Of a stretch of DNA of 64,000 bases, positions 26,043 to 34,703 are shown piece by piece (position 1 is the first letter of the stretch; every line of letters begins with the position of its first letter). The stretch is from an uncultured Flavobacteriaceae bacterium (GTDB lineage Bacteria; Bacteroidota; Bacteroidia; Flavobacteriales; Flavobacteriaceae). The position numbers and the translations under genes are program-made. The stretch covers positions 23,589-87,588 of the forward strand of contig CAXYDR010000002.1 in NCBI GenBank assembly GCA_964276095.1. Reading direction: 5' to 3'. The notes beneath the pieces were generated by a model. That model had not been told where the DNA came from and did no database searches. It saw nothing but the letters and a program-made list of their open reading frames with translations.

Positions 26043-27041
26043 TTAGTTACTTACAAATGATAGAATACTTTTATCAAAAGCACCTTTCTCATTTAAAAAC
26101 TCTGTAACAATAGGCAAATAAAATACATTTGCAAGTGAATCTTTCAAACGCATATAATCTTTTTCAGTAGTAATAATTAACTGCTTTTTAGAAAGCTCAT
26201 TGAGTTCTTTATCCGAAAAATTATGATGATCTTTATAAGAGATATGTTCGAAGTTAAGATTTAAATTATTTAAATACTCCACTAATGGTTTTGGATTAGC
26301 TATCCCTGTAACTAAAGTGAACTTCAAATTATCTAATGATGTTAGAAATTTTGTCTCTTTATTTCCCCTTACATCCTTGGCATATGATATGCAAGTAAAA
26401 AACACTTGTTGACTTGGTAATGGATTTAGCTTATTTCTAATCTTAGTTTGTTCTTCAAGTGATAAACCTTTAGGGCATTTTGTAACAATAATTACATTCG
26501 CTCTTTTAGCGCCACGTTTTGATTCTCTTAAATTCCCTGCAGGCAATATTAAATCGTCTACAAATAACGATTCATATTTTGTTAGTAACACATAAAATCC
26601 TGCGGTGACTTTTCTATGCTGAAAAGCATCATCTAATAAGATGACATCCGGATTTATTTTTTGTACTAATTGTGAAATTCCATTTTGTCTATCAGCATCT
26701 ACCGCAACTTTAATATCCGAAAATTTTTGATGAAATTGCATAGGTTCATCTCCTAAATCATCAGCTGTAGATGTAGAACTTCCTAGTAAAAATCCTTCAG
26801 ATTTTCTTCGGTAACCCCTACTCAAGGTTGCTACCTGAAAATCTTCCTTTAACAATCGAATTAAATACTCAATCATTGGCGATTTACCAGTTCCTCCAAC
26901 GCATAAATTACCCACTGCTATAACAGGGAAATCATAACTTTTACTTTTAAAAATCTCCTTATTAAAAAAGAAATTCCTAACAGATGTTACAATGTCATAA
27001 ATGATTGAAAACGGGTATAATATTTTTCTTAAGAATAGCAC
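26043..27041 (-). CDS. lpxK: tetraacyldisaccharide 4'-kinase
   Basis: VGNLCVGGTGKSPM P-loop typical of LpxK. GTG start. Confidence 0.9.
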   Translation of the reverse strand: MLFLRKILYPFSIIYDIVTSVRNFFFNKEIFKSKSYDFPVIAVGNLCVGGTGKSPMIEYLIRLLKEDFQVATLSRGYRRKSEGFLLGSSTSTADDLGDEPMQFHQKFSDIKVAVDADRQNGISQLVQKINPDVILLDDAFQHRKVTAGFYVLLTKYESLFVDDLILPAGNLRESKRGAKRANVIIVTKCPKGLSLEEQTKIRNKLNPLPSQQVFFTCISYAKDVRGNKETKFLTSLDNLKFTLVTGIANPKPLVEYLNNLNLNFEHISYKDHHNFSDKELNELSKKQLIITTEKDYMRLKDSLANVFYLPIVTEFLNEKGAFDKSILSFVSN

Positions 27042-27088
27042 AACACGAAAGTAAACTATCTATACTGTACTTGCAAATGATAAATATG

Positions 27089-27096
27089 TATCTTTG
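27089..27096 (+). promoter_or_regulatory. candidate -7 box (TATCTTTG) for the nif3 operon
   Basis: Exact TAnnTTTG match 38 nt upstream of the ATG at 27135. A TTG lies 15 nt upstream, which is a short spacing. Confidence 0.35.
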
Positions 27097-27134
27097 AAAT
27101 TCAATTATTAATAATCTTTTCAACTACTATTACT

Positions 27135-28229
27135 ATGCAAATAAAAGATGTTATTCAACACATGGAAGAATTGGCTCCTTTGGCTTATGCAGAGAGTTAC
27201 GACAATGTTGGATTACTTGTTGGAAACAAAAACACAGCATTAACAGGCATCCTCATAACACACGATACACTTGAGGAAGTAGTTGATGAAGCAATTGCTA
27301 AAAAATGTAATTTGATTGTGAGTTTTCATCCGATAGTGTTTTCTGGTATTAAAAAGTTTAATGGTCAAGATTATGTAAACAAGGTAATAGTTAAAGCTAT
27401 AAAAAATGACATCGCAATTTATGCTACCCATACTGCCTTGGACAATGTTCAGAACGGTGTTAATAGTACTATTTGTGATAAGCTAAACTTAATTAATAGA
27501 AAAACCCTAATTCCAAAATCTGATTTCATATACAAGCTAACCACATATGTTCCTGATGTAAATGCAGAGAAAATTCGAAAAGCACTATTTGTTGCTGGAG
27601 CAGGGAATATTGGAAATTATGATGAATGTAGCTTTAATATTTCAGGTAAAGGAACATATAAAGGCAACGAAAACTCTAACCCAAAAATAGGAGTAAAAGG
27701 AGAATTCCACACTGAAAACGAAACTCAAATCAGTGTGACGTTTGAGAAACATTTAGAGTCGAAAATATTAAAAACACTCTTTACAAATCACCCGTATGAG
27801 GAAGTTGCATACGAAGTAACAAAACTTACCAATACACATCAAAATATTGGCTTAGGAATGACTGGAGAATTAGCTACTCCAATGGATGAAGATAATTTTT
27901 TAGCATTCTTAAAAAAGGAAATGAATACTTCTTGCGTAAGGCACTCAAATTTACTTGGTAAAAAGATTCAAAAAATTGCCGTTTTAGGAGGTTCTGGTAG
28001 TAGCGCAATTAAAAACGCAAAAGCATCAGGAGTAGACGCTTATATTACATCCGATTTGAAATATCACGACTTCTACCAAGCAGAAAACAGTATTATACTA
28101 TGCGACATTGGGCATTATGAAAGTGAACAGTACACAAAAACACTTTTATATGAGTTTCTTAGTAAAAAAATACCTAATTTTGCAATCGTTTTATCAGGCA
28201 TTAATACTAATCCAGTCAATTATTTTTAG
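27135..28229 (+). CDS. Nif3-like dinuclear metal center protein
   Basis: 364 aa with an N-terminal YAESYDNVGLLVG, the HTALD motif, an inserted PII-like domain, and C-terminal GHYESE. Confidence 0.88.
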   Translation: MQIKDVIQHMEELAPLAYAESYDNVGLLVGNKNTALTGILITHDTLEEVVDEAIAKKCNLIVSFHPIVFSGIKKFNGQDYVNKVIVKAIKNDIAIYATHTALDNVQNGVNSTICDKLNLINRKTLIPKSDFIYKLTTYVPDVNAEKIRKALFVAGAGNIGNYDECSFNISGKGTYKGNENSNPKIGVKGEFHTENETQISVTFEKHLESKILKTLFTNHPYEEVAYEVTKLTNTHQNIGLGMTGELATPMDEDNFLAFLKKEMNTSCVRHSNLLGKKIQKIAVLGGSGSSAIKNAKASGVDAYITSDLKYHDFYQAENSIILCDIGHYESEQYTKTLLYEFLSKKIPNFAIVLSGINTNPVNYF

Positions 28230-28231
28230 AT

Positions 28232-29011
28232 ATGGCAAAGAAAAAAGAAATTTCAGTAGAAGATAAGTTAAGAGCATTATATAACTTGCAATTAATCGAT
28301 TCTCGTATTGATGAAATCAGAAATGTAAGAGGAGAGCTTCCTTTAGAAGTTGAAGATTTAGAAGACGAAGTAGCTGGATTAAGCTTAAGAGTTGAAAATT
28401 TCAACAATGACATTGAAACGCTTAAAGACAATATCAAAGCAAAATTGAATGGTATTGAGGAGTCTAAAGTTTTAATTAAAAAATATACTAAACAACAAGA
28501 TAACGTTCGTAATAACAGAGAGTATAACTCTTTAGCTAAAGAAACTGAATTTCAAGAATTGGAAATTGAATTAGCTGAAAAGAACGTTAAAGAATTTAAA
28601 GCACAAATAGAGCACAAAAGCGAGGTGATTGGAAAAGCGCAAGAGCGTTTAACTGATAAAGAAACTCACTTATCTCATAAAAAAGATGCTTTAAACGAAA
28701 TTCTTTCTGAAACTGAAAAAGAAGAAGAAGCTTTATTAGAAAAATCTGCTAAATATCAAAAGCAAATTGAAGAGCGTTTGATGATTGCTTACAACAGAAT
28801 TAGAACTAATGTAAAAAATGGTTTAGCTATTGTTGCAATTGAGCGTGGAGCTGCTGGAGGATCATTCTTCACAATTCCACCACAAGTTCAAGTAGAAATT
28901 GCTAGTCGTAAAAAAGTAATTACTGATGAGCATTCTGGTAGAATTTTAGTAGATGCTGAATTAGCAGCTGAACAAAAAGTGAAAATGGAGAAAATGTTTG
29001 CTAAAATATAA
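28232..29011 (+). CDS. COG1579-type coiled-coil protein (zinc-ribbon family, here without Cys)
   Basis: Long coiled coil immediately after nif3, a conserved pairing. The C-terminal region lacks the usual CxxC pairs. Confidence 0.65.
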   Translation: MAKKKEISVEDKLRALYNLQLIDSRIDEIRNVRGELPLEVEDLEDEVAGLSLRVENFNNDIETLKDNIKAKLNGIEESKVLIKKYTKQQDNVRNNREYNSLAKETEFQELEIELAEKNVKEFKAQIEHKSEVIGKAQERLTDKETHLSHKKDALNEILSETEKEEEALLEKSAKYQKQIEERLMIAYNRIRTNVKNGLAIVAIERGAAGGSFFTIPPQVQVEIASRKKVITDEHSGRILVDAELAAEQKVKMEKMFAKI

Positions 29012-29036
29012 GTAATCATTCTTAAATATAAAAAAA

Positions 29037-29064
29037 GCTATCTTTAAACAGATAGCTTTTTTTG
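29037..29064 (+). terminator. rho-independent terminator
   Basis: Stem AGCTATCT / AGATAGCT (29037-29044 / 29051-29058) followed by T6. Confidence 0.75.
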
Positions 29065-29100
29065 TACCTTTATACCTCTTAAAAAAAGACAAACCAAGAC

Positions 29101-29829
29101 ATGGGAGAAATTCAATTAACAAGAATCAATAAATTTTTAAGTGAAGCTGGATATTGTTCCCGTAGAGCAGCTGACAAATTAATTGACCAAGGAAGAGTAA
29201 CTATAAATGGTCTAGTACCCGAAATGGGGACGAAAATAGCCCCTACAGACGAAGTAAAAGTTGATGGTAAGTTGATTTCCGAATCAAAGGAAAAACCCGT
29301 GTATTTAGCCTTCAACAAACCTGTTGGAATTGTTTGTACTACAGATACCAAAGTTGAAAAAGACAATATTGTAGATTACATTAACTACCCTACCCGTATT
29401 TTCCCTATTGGTAGATTAGACAAACCTAGTGAAGGATTAATTTTCCTAACTAATGACGGCGATATTGTAAATAAAATATTACGCGCAAGAAACAACCATG
29501 AAAAGGAATACTTAGTAACTGTCGATAAACAAATTACACAAGATTTTCTTAAAAAAATGGCTAGCGGTATTCCCATTTTAGATACCGTAACTCGTAATTG
29601 TAAAGTAGAACCTGTTAGTAAACTTACTTTTAAAATAACATTAACTCAAGGACTCAACAGACAGATTAGACGTATGTGCGAGTATTTAGAATACGAAGTA
29701 ATTAAACTGAAGCGTGTACGAATTATGAACATCTCCTTGGATGTTCCTGTAGGACAATGGCGTGATATTACTCCAGAAGAACTAAAAGAACTAATATCTC
29801 TTACGGAAGAATCTAGTAAAACATTTTAA
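29101..29829 (+). CDS. rluF: RsuA/RluF-family 23S rRNA pseudouridine synthase
   Basis: N-terminal S4 domain ([21 protein letters not shown]) and catalytic [17 protein letters not shown]. Confidence 0.85.
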   Translation: MGEIQLTRINKFLSEAGYCSRRAADKLIDQGRVTINGLVPEMGTKIAPTDEVKVDGKLISESKEKPVYLAFNKPVGIVCTTDTKVEKDNIVDYINYPTRIFPIGRLDKPSEGLIFLTNDGDIVNKILRARNNHEKEYLVTVDKQITQDFLKKMASGIPILDTVTRNCKVEPVSKLTFKITLTQGLNRQIRRMCEYLEYEVIKLKRVRIMNISLDVPVGQWRDITPEELKELISLTEESSKTF

Positions 29830-29872
29830 TAAACAAAAAATAATTGTAACTTCATATAATCACAATTTGATT

Positions 29873-30615
29873 ATGGAAATTTACAATTCAAAATTTTTGT
29901 CTATCAACAAACAAAACGATTCTTTAATCCAGGATTGGAAAAATACTGTACTTACTCCAGAAGATTTTAAACAAGAACTAAAACAATACTTAGCGTTTTA
30001 AAAAAAAATAAAACCAAAAAAAGTACTCTGGAATAATGAGAGTTTCGACCTAGACATTCCTCCATCGCTTTTTGACTGGATAGCAATTGATATTCTAAAG
30101 CCACAAGAAGAATTAGGCTTACGAAAATTAGGCTTTATTGTATCAAAACATACTTTAGCTCAGCTTTCAATTATACAATCTGTCGACTCGGTAAAAACAT
30201 CTTTACATCCGCAGTATTTTTTACATGAAAAAGAAGCTATTAACTCTTTCCAACATCAGGAAAACAATATTCATAAAATAGATTTTCATGTAGAGACAAA
30301 AATAAGATCTGCTTCAATTACTCTTGATGTTAGTTACAATGATTTACCACATGTTATTGACTCAATTAAGAATTTAAATCGTGATCAAGAATTTGTTTTT
30401 AACAATCAAGTAAAATATAATGAATTAACTCATAAAGAAATTCAAATCCTACGCCTTATTACTCTTGGAAACTCAACAAAAGATGTTGCCATTCAACTTT
30501 TATTGAGCCTACAACTGTTGCGACGCATAGAAGAAACATTATTAAAAAATTAGGTCTAAGATCTTCCTTTGACTGGTTTCGTTTTGCAAAAGCATTTAAA
30601 CTAATTAATATTTAG
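29873..30615 (+). pseudogene. LuxR-type HTH transcriptional regulator, disrupted (in-frame TAA plus a -1 frameshift)
   Basis: The ATG at 29873 opens a frame interrupted by TAA at 29999-30001. The same frame then stays open for 183 further codons with no ATG or GTG and only two late TTGs. The LuxR HTH (LTHKEIQILRLITLGNSTKDVAIQL) continues as FIEPTTVATHRRNIIKKLGL only after adding one T to the T4 run at 30498-30501. Confidence 0.7.
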
Positions 30616-30660
30616 ATTAATGTAAGAAAAGAATAACACTTTATAATTATAAAAACGAAA

Positions 30661-30690
30661 AGCCAAAATCATGTAGATTTTGGCTTTTTA
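30661..30690. terminator. bidirectional terminator between the LuxR pseudogene and folD
   Basis: Stem AGCCAAAATC / GATTTTGGCT (30661-30670 / 30676-30685) with flanking A and T runs. Confidence 0.75.
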
Positions 30691-30709
30691 GTTGTTTATA
30701 TTCTTGAGT

Positions 30710-31594
30710 TTATGAATTCGCTCTATGACGCTCTCTTGCTAATAAAGTATTCTTTAATAACATTGCAATTGTCATTGGCCCTACTCCACCAGGAACCGGT
30801 GTAATATGACTTGCTTTTTTACTTACATTTTCAAAATCAACATCTCCTTTGATCACATACCCTCTTGGTGCGTTATCATCAGGAACTCTTGATATTCCAA
30901 CGTCAATTATTACTACATCATCTTTTACCATTTCTGCCTTTAAGAAATCTGGTATTCCTAATGCCATGATAATAATATCAGCTTGACTGATTATTTGCGT
31001 AATATTTTTCGTGTGACTATGTGTTAAGGTTACCGTAGAATTTCCAGGCCAACCTTTACGCCCCATTAAAATACTCATTGGTCGCCCAACAATATGGCTT
31101 CTACCAACGACTACAGTATGTTTTCCTTGGGTATCTACTTTATAACGTTCTAATAATTCTAAAATTCCAAATGGTGTTGCCGGAATAAACGTACTCATAT
31201 CCAATGCCATTTTCCCAAAGTTTGCAGGATGAAAACCATCTACATCTTTATCTGGGTTAATTGCCATTAATACTTTCTGATCGTCAATTTGTTTCGGTAA
31301 CGGTAACTGAACAATAAACCCATCTATTTCATCATTCAGGTTTAACTCATTAATTTTATCTAACAACTCAACTTCACTTACCGTATTTGGCAACTGTACT
31401 AATGTTGATTCAAAACCTACTCGCTCACAAGCTTTAACTTTAGCACCAACGTAAGTCATACTTGCTCCATCACTACCAACTATAACAGCAGCTAAATGAG
31501 GAACTTTTTCTCCATTAGCTTTCATTTTTGTTACTTCAGCAGCAATTTCATCTTTGATGTCATTACTTGTTTTTTTACCGTCTAGTAATATCAT
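30710..31594 (-). CDS. folD: bifunctional methylenetetrahydrofolate dehydrogenase/cyclohydrolase
   Basis: 294 aa with the FolD pattern DGFHP.N.G, VVGRS.IVGRP and PVPGGVGPMT. Confidence 0.97.
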   Translation of the reverse strand: MILLDGKKTSNDIKDEIAAEVTKMKANGEKVPHLAAVIVGSDGASMTYVGAKVKACERVGFESTLVQLPNTVSEVELLDKINELNLNDEIDGFIVQLPLPKQIDDQKVLMAINPDKDVDGFHPANFGKMALDMSTFIPATPFGILELLERYKVDTQGKHTVVVGRSHIVGRPMSILMGRKGWPGNSTVTLTHSHTKNITQIISQADIIIMALGIPDFLKAEMVKDDVVIIDVGISRVPDDNAPRGYVIKGDVDFENVSKKASHITPVPGGVGPMTIAMLLKNTLLARERHRANS

Positions 31595-31659
31595 TCTTTT
31601 AATTTTTAGCTATAACTAGTTACTATAGCATTGTTAATTGTGTTGTTATATTCATCTAT

Positions 31660-31689
31660 AAAAAAACGCCGTCAATTTCTTGGCAGCGC
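31660..31689 (-). terminator. terminator after ffh
   Basis: The minus-strand hairpin CGCUGCC / GACGGCG (one mismatch, one G-U pair) is followed by U7. Confidence 0.6.
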
Positions 31690-31698
31690 ACTTTTTAT

Positions 31699-33027
31699 TT
31701 ATTTCATTCCTTGCATCATTTGCATCATCTTCTTTCCGCCGCCACCTTGCATCATCTTCATCATTTTACTCATTTGATTAAACTGCTTTAGTAACTGATT
31801 CACTTCTTGAACAGATCTTCCTGCTCCTTTAGCAATACGTTTCTTTCTATTAGCATTAATCACAGATGGTTTTTGACGTTCACCCGGAGTCATTGAATAT
31901 ATAATAGCCTCAATATACTTGAAAGCATCATCATCAATATCCATTCCTTTCATGGCTTTAGAAGCACCTGGGATCATCCCCATTAAGTCCTTCATATTAC
32001 CCATTTTCTTTACTTGTTGAATTTGTTTTAAGAAATCATCAAATCCGAATTGATTTTTAGCAATCTTCTTTTGAAGCTTTCTAGCTTCTTCTTCATCAAA
32101 TTGTTCTTGCGCTCTCTCAACTAAAGAAACAACATCACCCATCCCAAGGATACGATCTGCCATACGAGATGGATGGAAAACATCAATAGCTTCCATTTTC
32201 TCTCCAGTACCAATAAACTTAATTGGTTTATTTACTACTGATTTAATTGAAATTGCAGCTCCACCACGAGTATCACCATCTAATTTCGTAAGGATAACCC
32301 CATCAAAATTCAATAGATCATTAAAGGCTTTTGCAGTATTAACAGCATCCTGACCTGTCATGGCATCTACTACAAATAATGTTTCTTGAGGCTGAATAGC
32401 CTTATGAACATTAGATATTTCAGTCATCATTTCTTCATCGACAGCCAAACGACCAGCCGTATCAACAATAACTACATTATGCCCGTTTGCAATTGCATGA
32501 GCAACACCTGCTTTTGCAATTGCAACTGCATCAGTATTTCCTCTATCAGAATATACATCAACATTTATTTGATCACCTACAACATGTAACTGATCAATTG
32601 CTGCTGGACGATAGATATCACAAGCAACTAATAATGGTTTCTTTGTTTTTTTAGTTTTAAGGTAGTTCGCTAATTTACCAGAGAATGTAGTTTTACCAGA
32701 ACCTTGTAATCCTGACATTAAAATTACAGTTGGTGCACCAGACATGTTTATACCTTCAGTATCACCACCCATCAATTCAGTTAATTCATCTTTTACGATT
32801 TTAACCATTAATTGACTAGGTTGCAATGCAGTTAATACATCAGCACCTAATGCTTTTTCTTTTACTCTTTTAGTAAAATCCTTAGCAATCTTAAAGTTAA
32901 CATCGGCATCTAATAAAGCTCTACGAACTTCTTTTAGTGTATCTGCAACGTTTACTTCTGTTATTTTTCCATGTCCTTTTAAAACATGAAGTGCTTTATC
33001 TAACTTATCACTTAAATTATCAAACAT
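31699..33027 (-). CDS. ffh: signal recognition particle protein
   Basis: NG domain with GLQGSGKTT, DTAGR and TKLDGD motifs, plus a Met-rich M domain and tail. Confidence 0.97.
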   Translation of the reverse strand: MFDNLSDKLDKALHVLKGHGKITEVNVADTLKEVRRALLDADVNFKIAKDFTKRVKEKALGADVLTALQPSQLMVKIVKDELTELMGGDTEGINMSGAPTVILMSGLQGSGKTTFSGKLANYLKTKKTKKPLLVACDIYRPAAIDQLHVVGDQINVDVYSDRGNTDAVAIAKAGVAHAIANGHNVVIVDTAGRLAVDEEMMTEISNVHKAIQPQETLFVVDAMTGQDAVNTAKAFNDLLNFDGVILTKLDGDTRGGAAISIKSVVNKPIKFIGTGEKMEAIDVFHPSRMADRILGMGDVVSLVERAQEQFDEEEARKLQKKIAKNQFGFDDFLKQIQQVKKMGNMKDLMGMIPGASKAMKGMDIDDDAFKYIEAIIYSMTPGERQKPSVINANRKKRIAKGAGRSVQEVNQLLKQFNQMSKMMKMMQGGGGKKMMQMMQGMK

Positions 33028-33055
33028 ATATCTATACCTTATTTGAGAAACGCAA

Positions 33056-33086
33056 AATTAAGCAAAATGCACTGACAAACAAAGGT
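33056..33086 (-). promoter_or_regulatory. candidate ffh promoter (-33 TTTG / -7 TAATTTTG)
   Basis: On the minus strand, TTTG (33083-33086), a 19-nt spacer, then TAATTTTG (33056-33063), 28 nt upstream of the ATG. Confidence 0.55.
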
Positions 33087-33297
33087 TATTATACAAGAAT
33101 AGTGGCTGATATTCTAATAAAAAATGTATTTTTATTATTCTAGCACATTGTGCTTTTAGCAAAAATTTGTCAATTGTGAGTAAAATCATATATGAGTTTT
33201 GCATAACGAGTTAAATTTTTGCGCCAAAAAAAATCCAACTAACTCTTTTAAATCTTAATATATAACAACTATTAAAAAACTTCAATACTAAAAGCAT

Positions 33298-34473
33298 ATG
33301 CTTAAAAAATCAATTATATATCTCTTATTTCTCCTGTTTTCAACGGCTACAACTACACATGCGCAAAACAAAAAAGTATACGAAAGCAGATATACTGATG
33401 TAACTACTAAAAACAACTTGATTTATGCGCTTTCAAAAACACACAAGTTAGTAGTTTGGAATATGAACAATGGAGATATTTCTTATATTAGAAAAGAAGT
33501 TTCTTGTATCTATTCTAATCAAAAAAATGAGATATACTGTGTAACTCTTGATGGTGAAATTCAAAAAGAAACAACAGTGAATAAATGGAAGAAAGTCGGT
33601 ACTTTTACCGGAACACCATTTGCTATTTTCACAACTGCTACAAATAAAATAGCGTCAATTTCTAGCAAAGGAGTTAAGTATAATAACAAATATTACATTC
33701 CCAAAGAAAAAAATAGAATTGGTAATGGCATGTATAGTTTTAAAAACAATAAGCTAAGAAAACCTCAACTAACCTATATTGATCAAAAGGACAGAATTTG
33801 GATTAGTTATGATTTTGGGAAATTTTCTGAAGTATTTATATTTGATACTAAAAAATCTGCTTTCTTAAATCATAAGCCGCTTTCAATACTTGATGAGAAG
33901 AAAACATTTAATAGCAAAGAAGATTATTTAAAAAGTTTCAGAAAAAAACAATTCAAAAAATACCCATATCATGTTAAGAAACTAGGAAAAGAATACATTT
34001 ATAAATTCCCTACTGAACTGCCTCTTTACTACGGAATTAAATCAATTACTCAAGACAAATTAGGAAACTATTACTTCAGTGAAGGTCTCGCCTATTCTCA
34101 TAAAAAGAATGGAATCTATGAATACCAAACAACTTCAGAAAAACGTTTTTATAAAATCATAGAGAACAGTGAATCTTCATTTAAAAAACAAAATGAAATT
34201 ATTGGAACAATGGGATACAATAACTTTAATGAATCGTTGTATTACTATTCTAATTATGGTTTTTTCAAGTTGCAAAAAAGTGAATCAGGTTATAAAAATG
34301 AATTAATCATTGACCCTAATGTATTGTTGTACACTAAAAAAATACCTCACAACTATGGAAATGTTATGAATGTAAGTAAAATGGTTTTTATGGATGAAAC
34401 CAGATTTGTATTTTTAACCAAGCAATATGGCTTTGGGTATTATGATGGTGAAAATGTAAATCTTTTTAACTAA
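33298..34473 (+). CDS. secreted hypothetical protein, possibly beta-propeller (Reg_prop-like repeats)
   Basis: Signal peptide plus repeated hydrophobic/aromatic strands such as DRIWISYDFG..VFIFD and GFGYYDGENVNLF. No catalytic motif was recognised. Confidence 0.6.
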   Translation: MLKKSIIYLLFLLFSTATTTHAQNKKVYESRYTDVTTKNNLIYALSKTHKLVVWNMNNGDISYIRKEVSCIYSNQKNEIYCVTLDGEIQKETTVNKWKKVGTFTGTPFAIFTTATNKIASISSKGVKYNNKYYIPKEKNRIGNGMYSFKNNKLRKPQLTYIDQKDRIWISYDFGKFSEVFIFDTKKSAFLNHKPLSILDEKKTFNSKEDYLKSFRKKQFKKYPYHVKKLGKEYIYKFPTELPLYYGIKSITQDKLGNYYFSEGLAYSHKKNGIYEYQTTSEKRFYKIIENSESSFKKQNEIIGTMGYNNFNESLYYYSNYGFFKLQKSESGYKNELIIDPNVLLYTKKIPHNYGNVMNVSKMVFMDETRFVFLTKQYGFGYYDGENVNLFN

Positions 34474-34516
34474 AAAAATTCATATAACACCATCAGGCTA
34501 CTCCTATATTAAACAC

Positions 34517-34702
34517 TTAATCCTTTACCCCTAGTTTCCCTAAAATATCCTCCATCAAACACCATTTGGTGATAGATGATTGTAAAAGGTTTGCCCCTAC
34601 AAAAGCTGTAAACCACAACCAGTTAATATTCACATAAATTGCCAACGCTACGCTAATCAACACAAAAGTTCCTGCTATAGCTCTAATTAATCTATTTTTC
34701 AT
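34517..34702 (-). CDS. DUF2892 (YgaP-like) two-TM membrane protein
   Basis: 61 aa. RAIAG..L...AL......W..F.GANLLQSS.T.WC is the DUF2892 pattern. Its start lies 1 nt after the RND stop. Confidence 0.75.
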   Translation of the reverse strand: MKNRLIRAIAGTFVLISVALAIYVNINWLWFTAFVGANLLQSSITKWCLMEDILGKLGVKD

Positions 34703-34703
34703 T

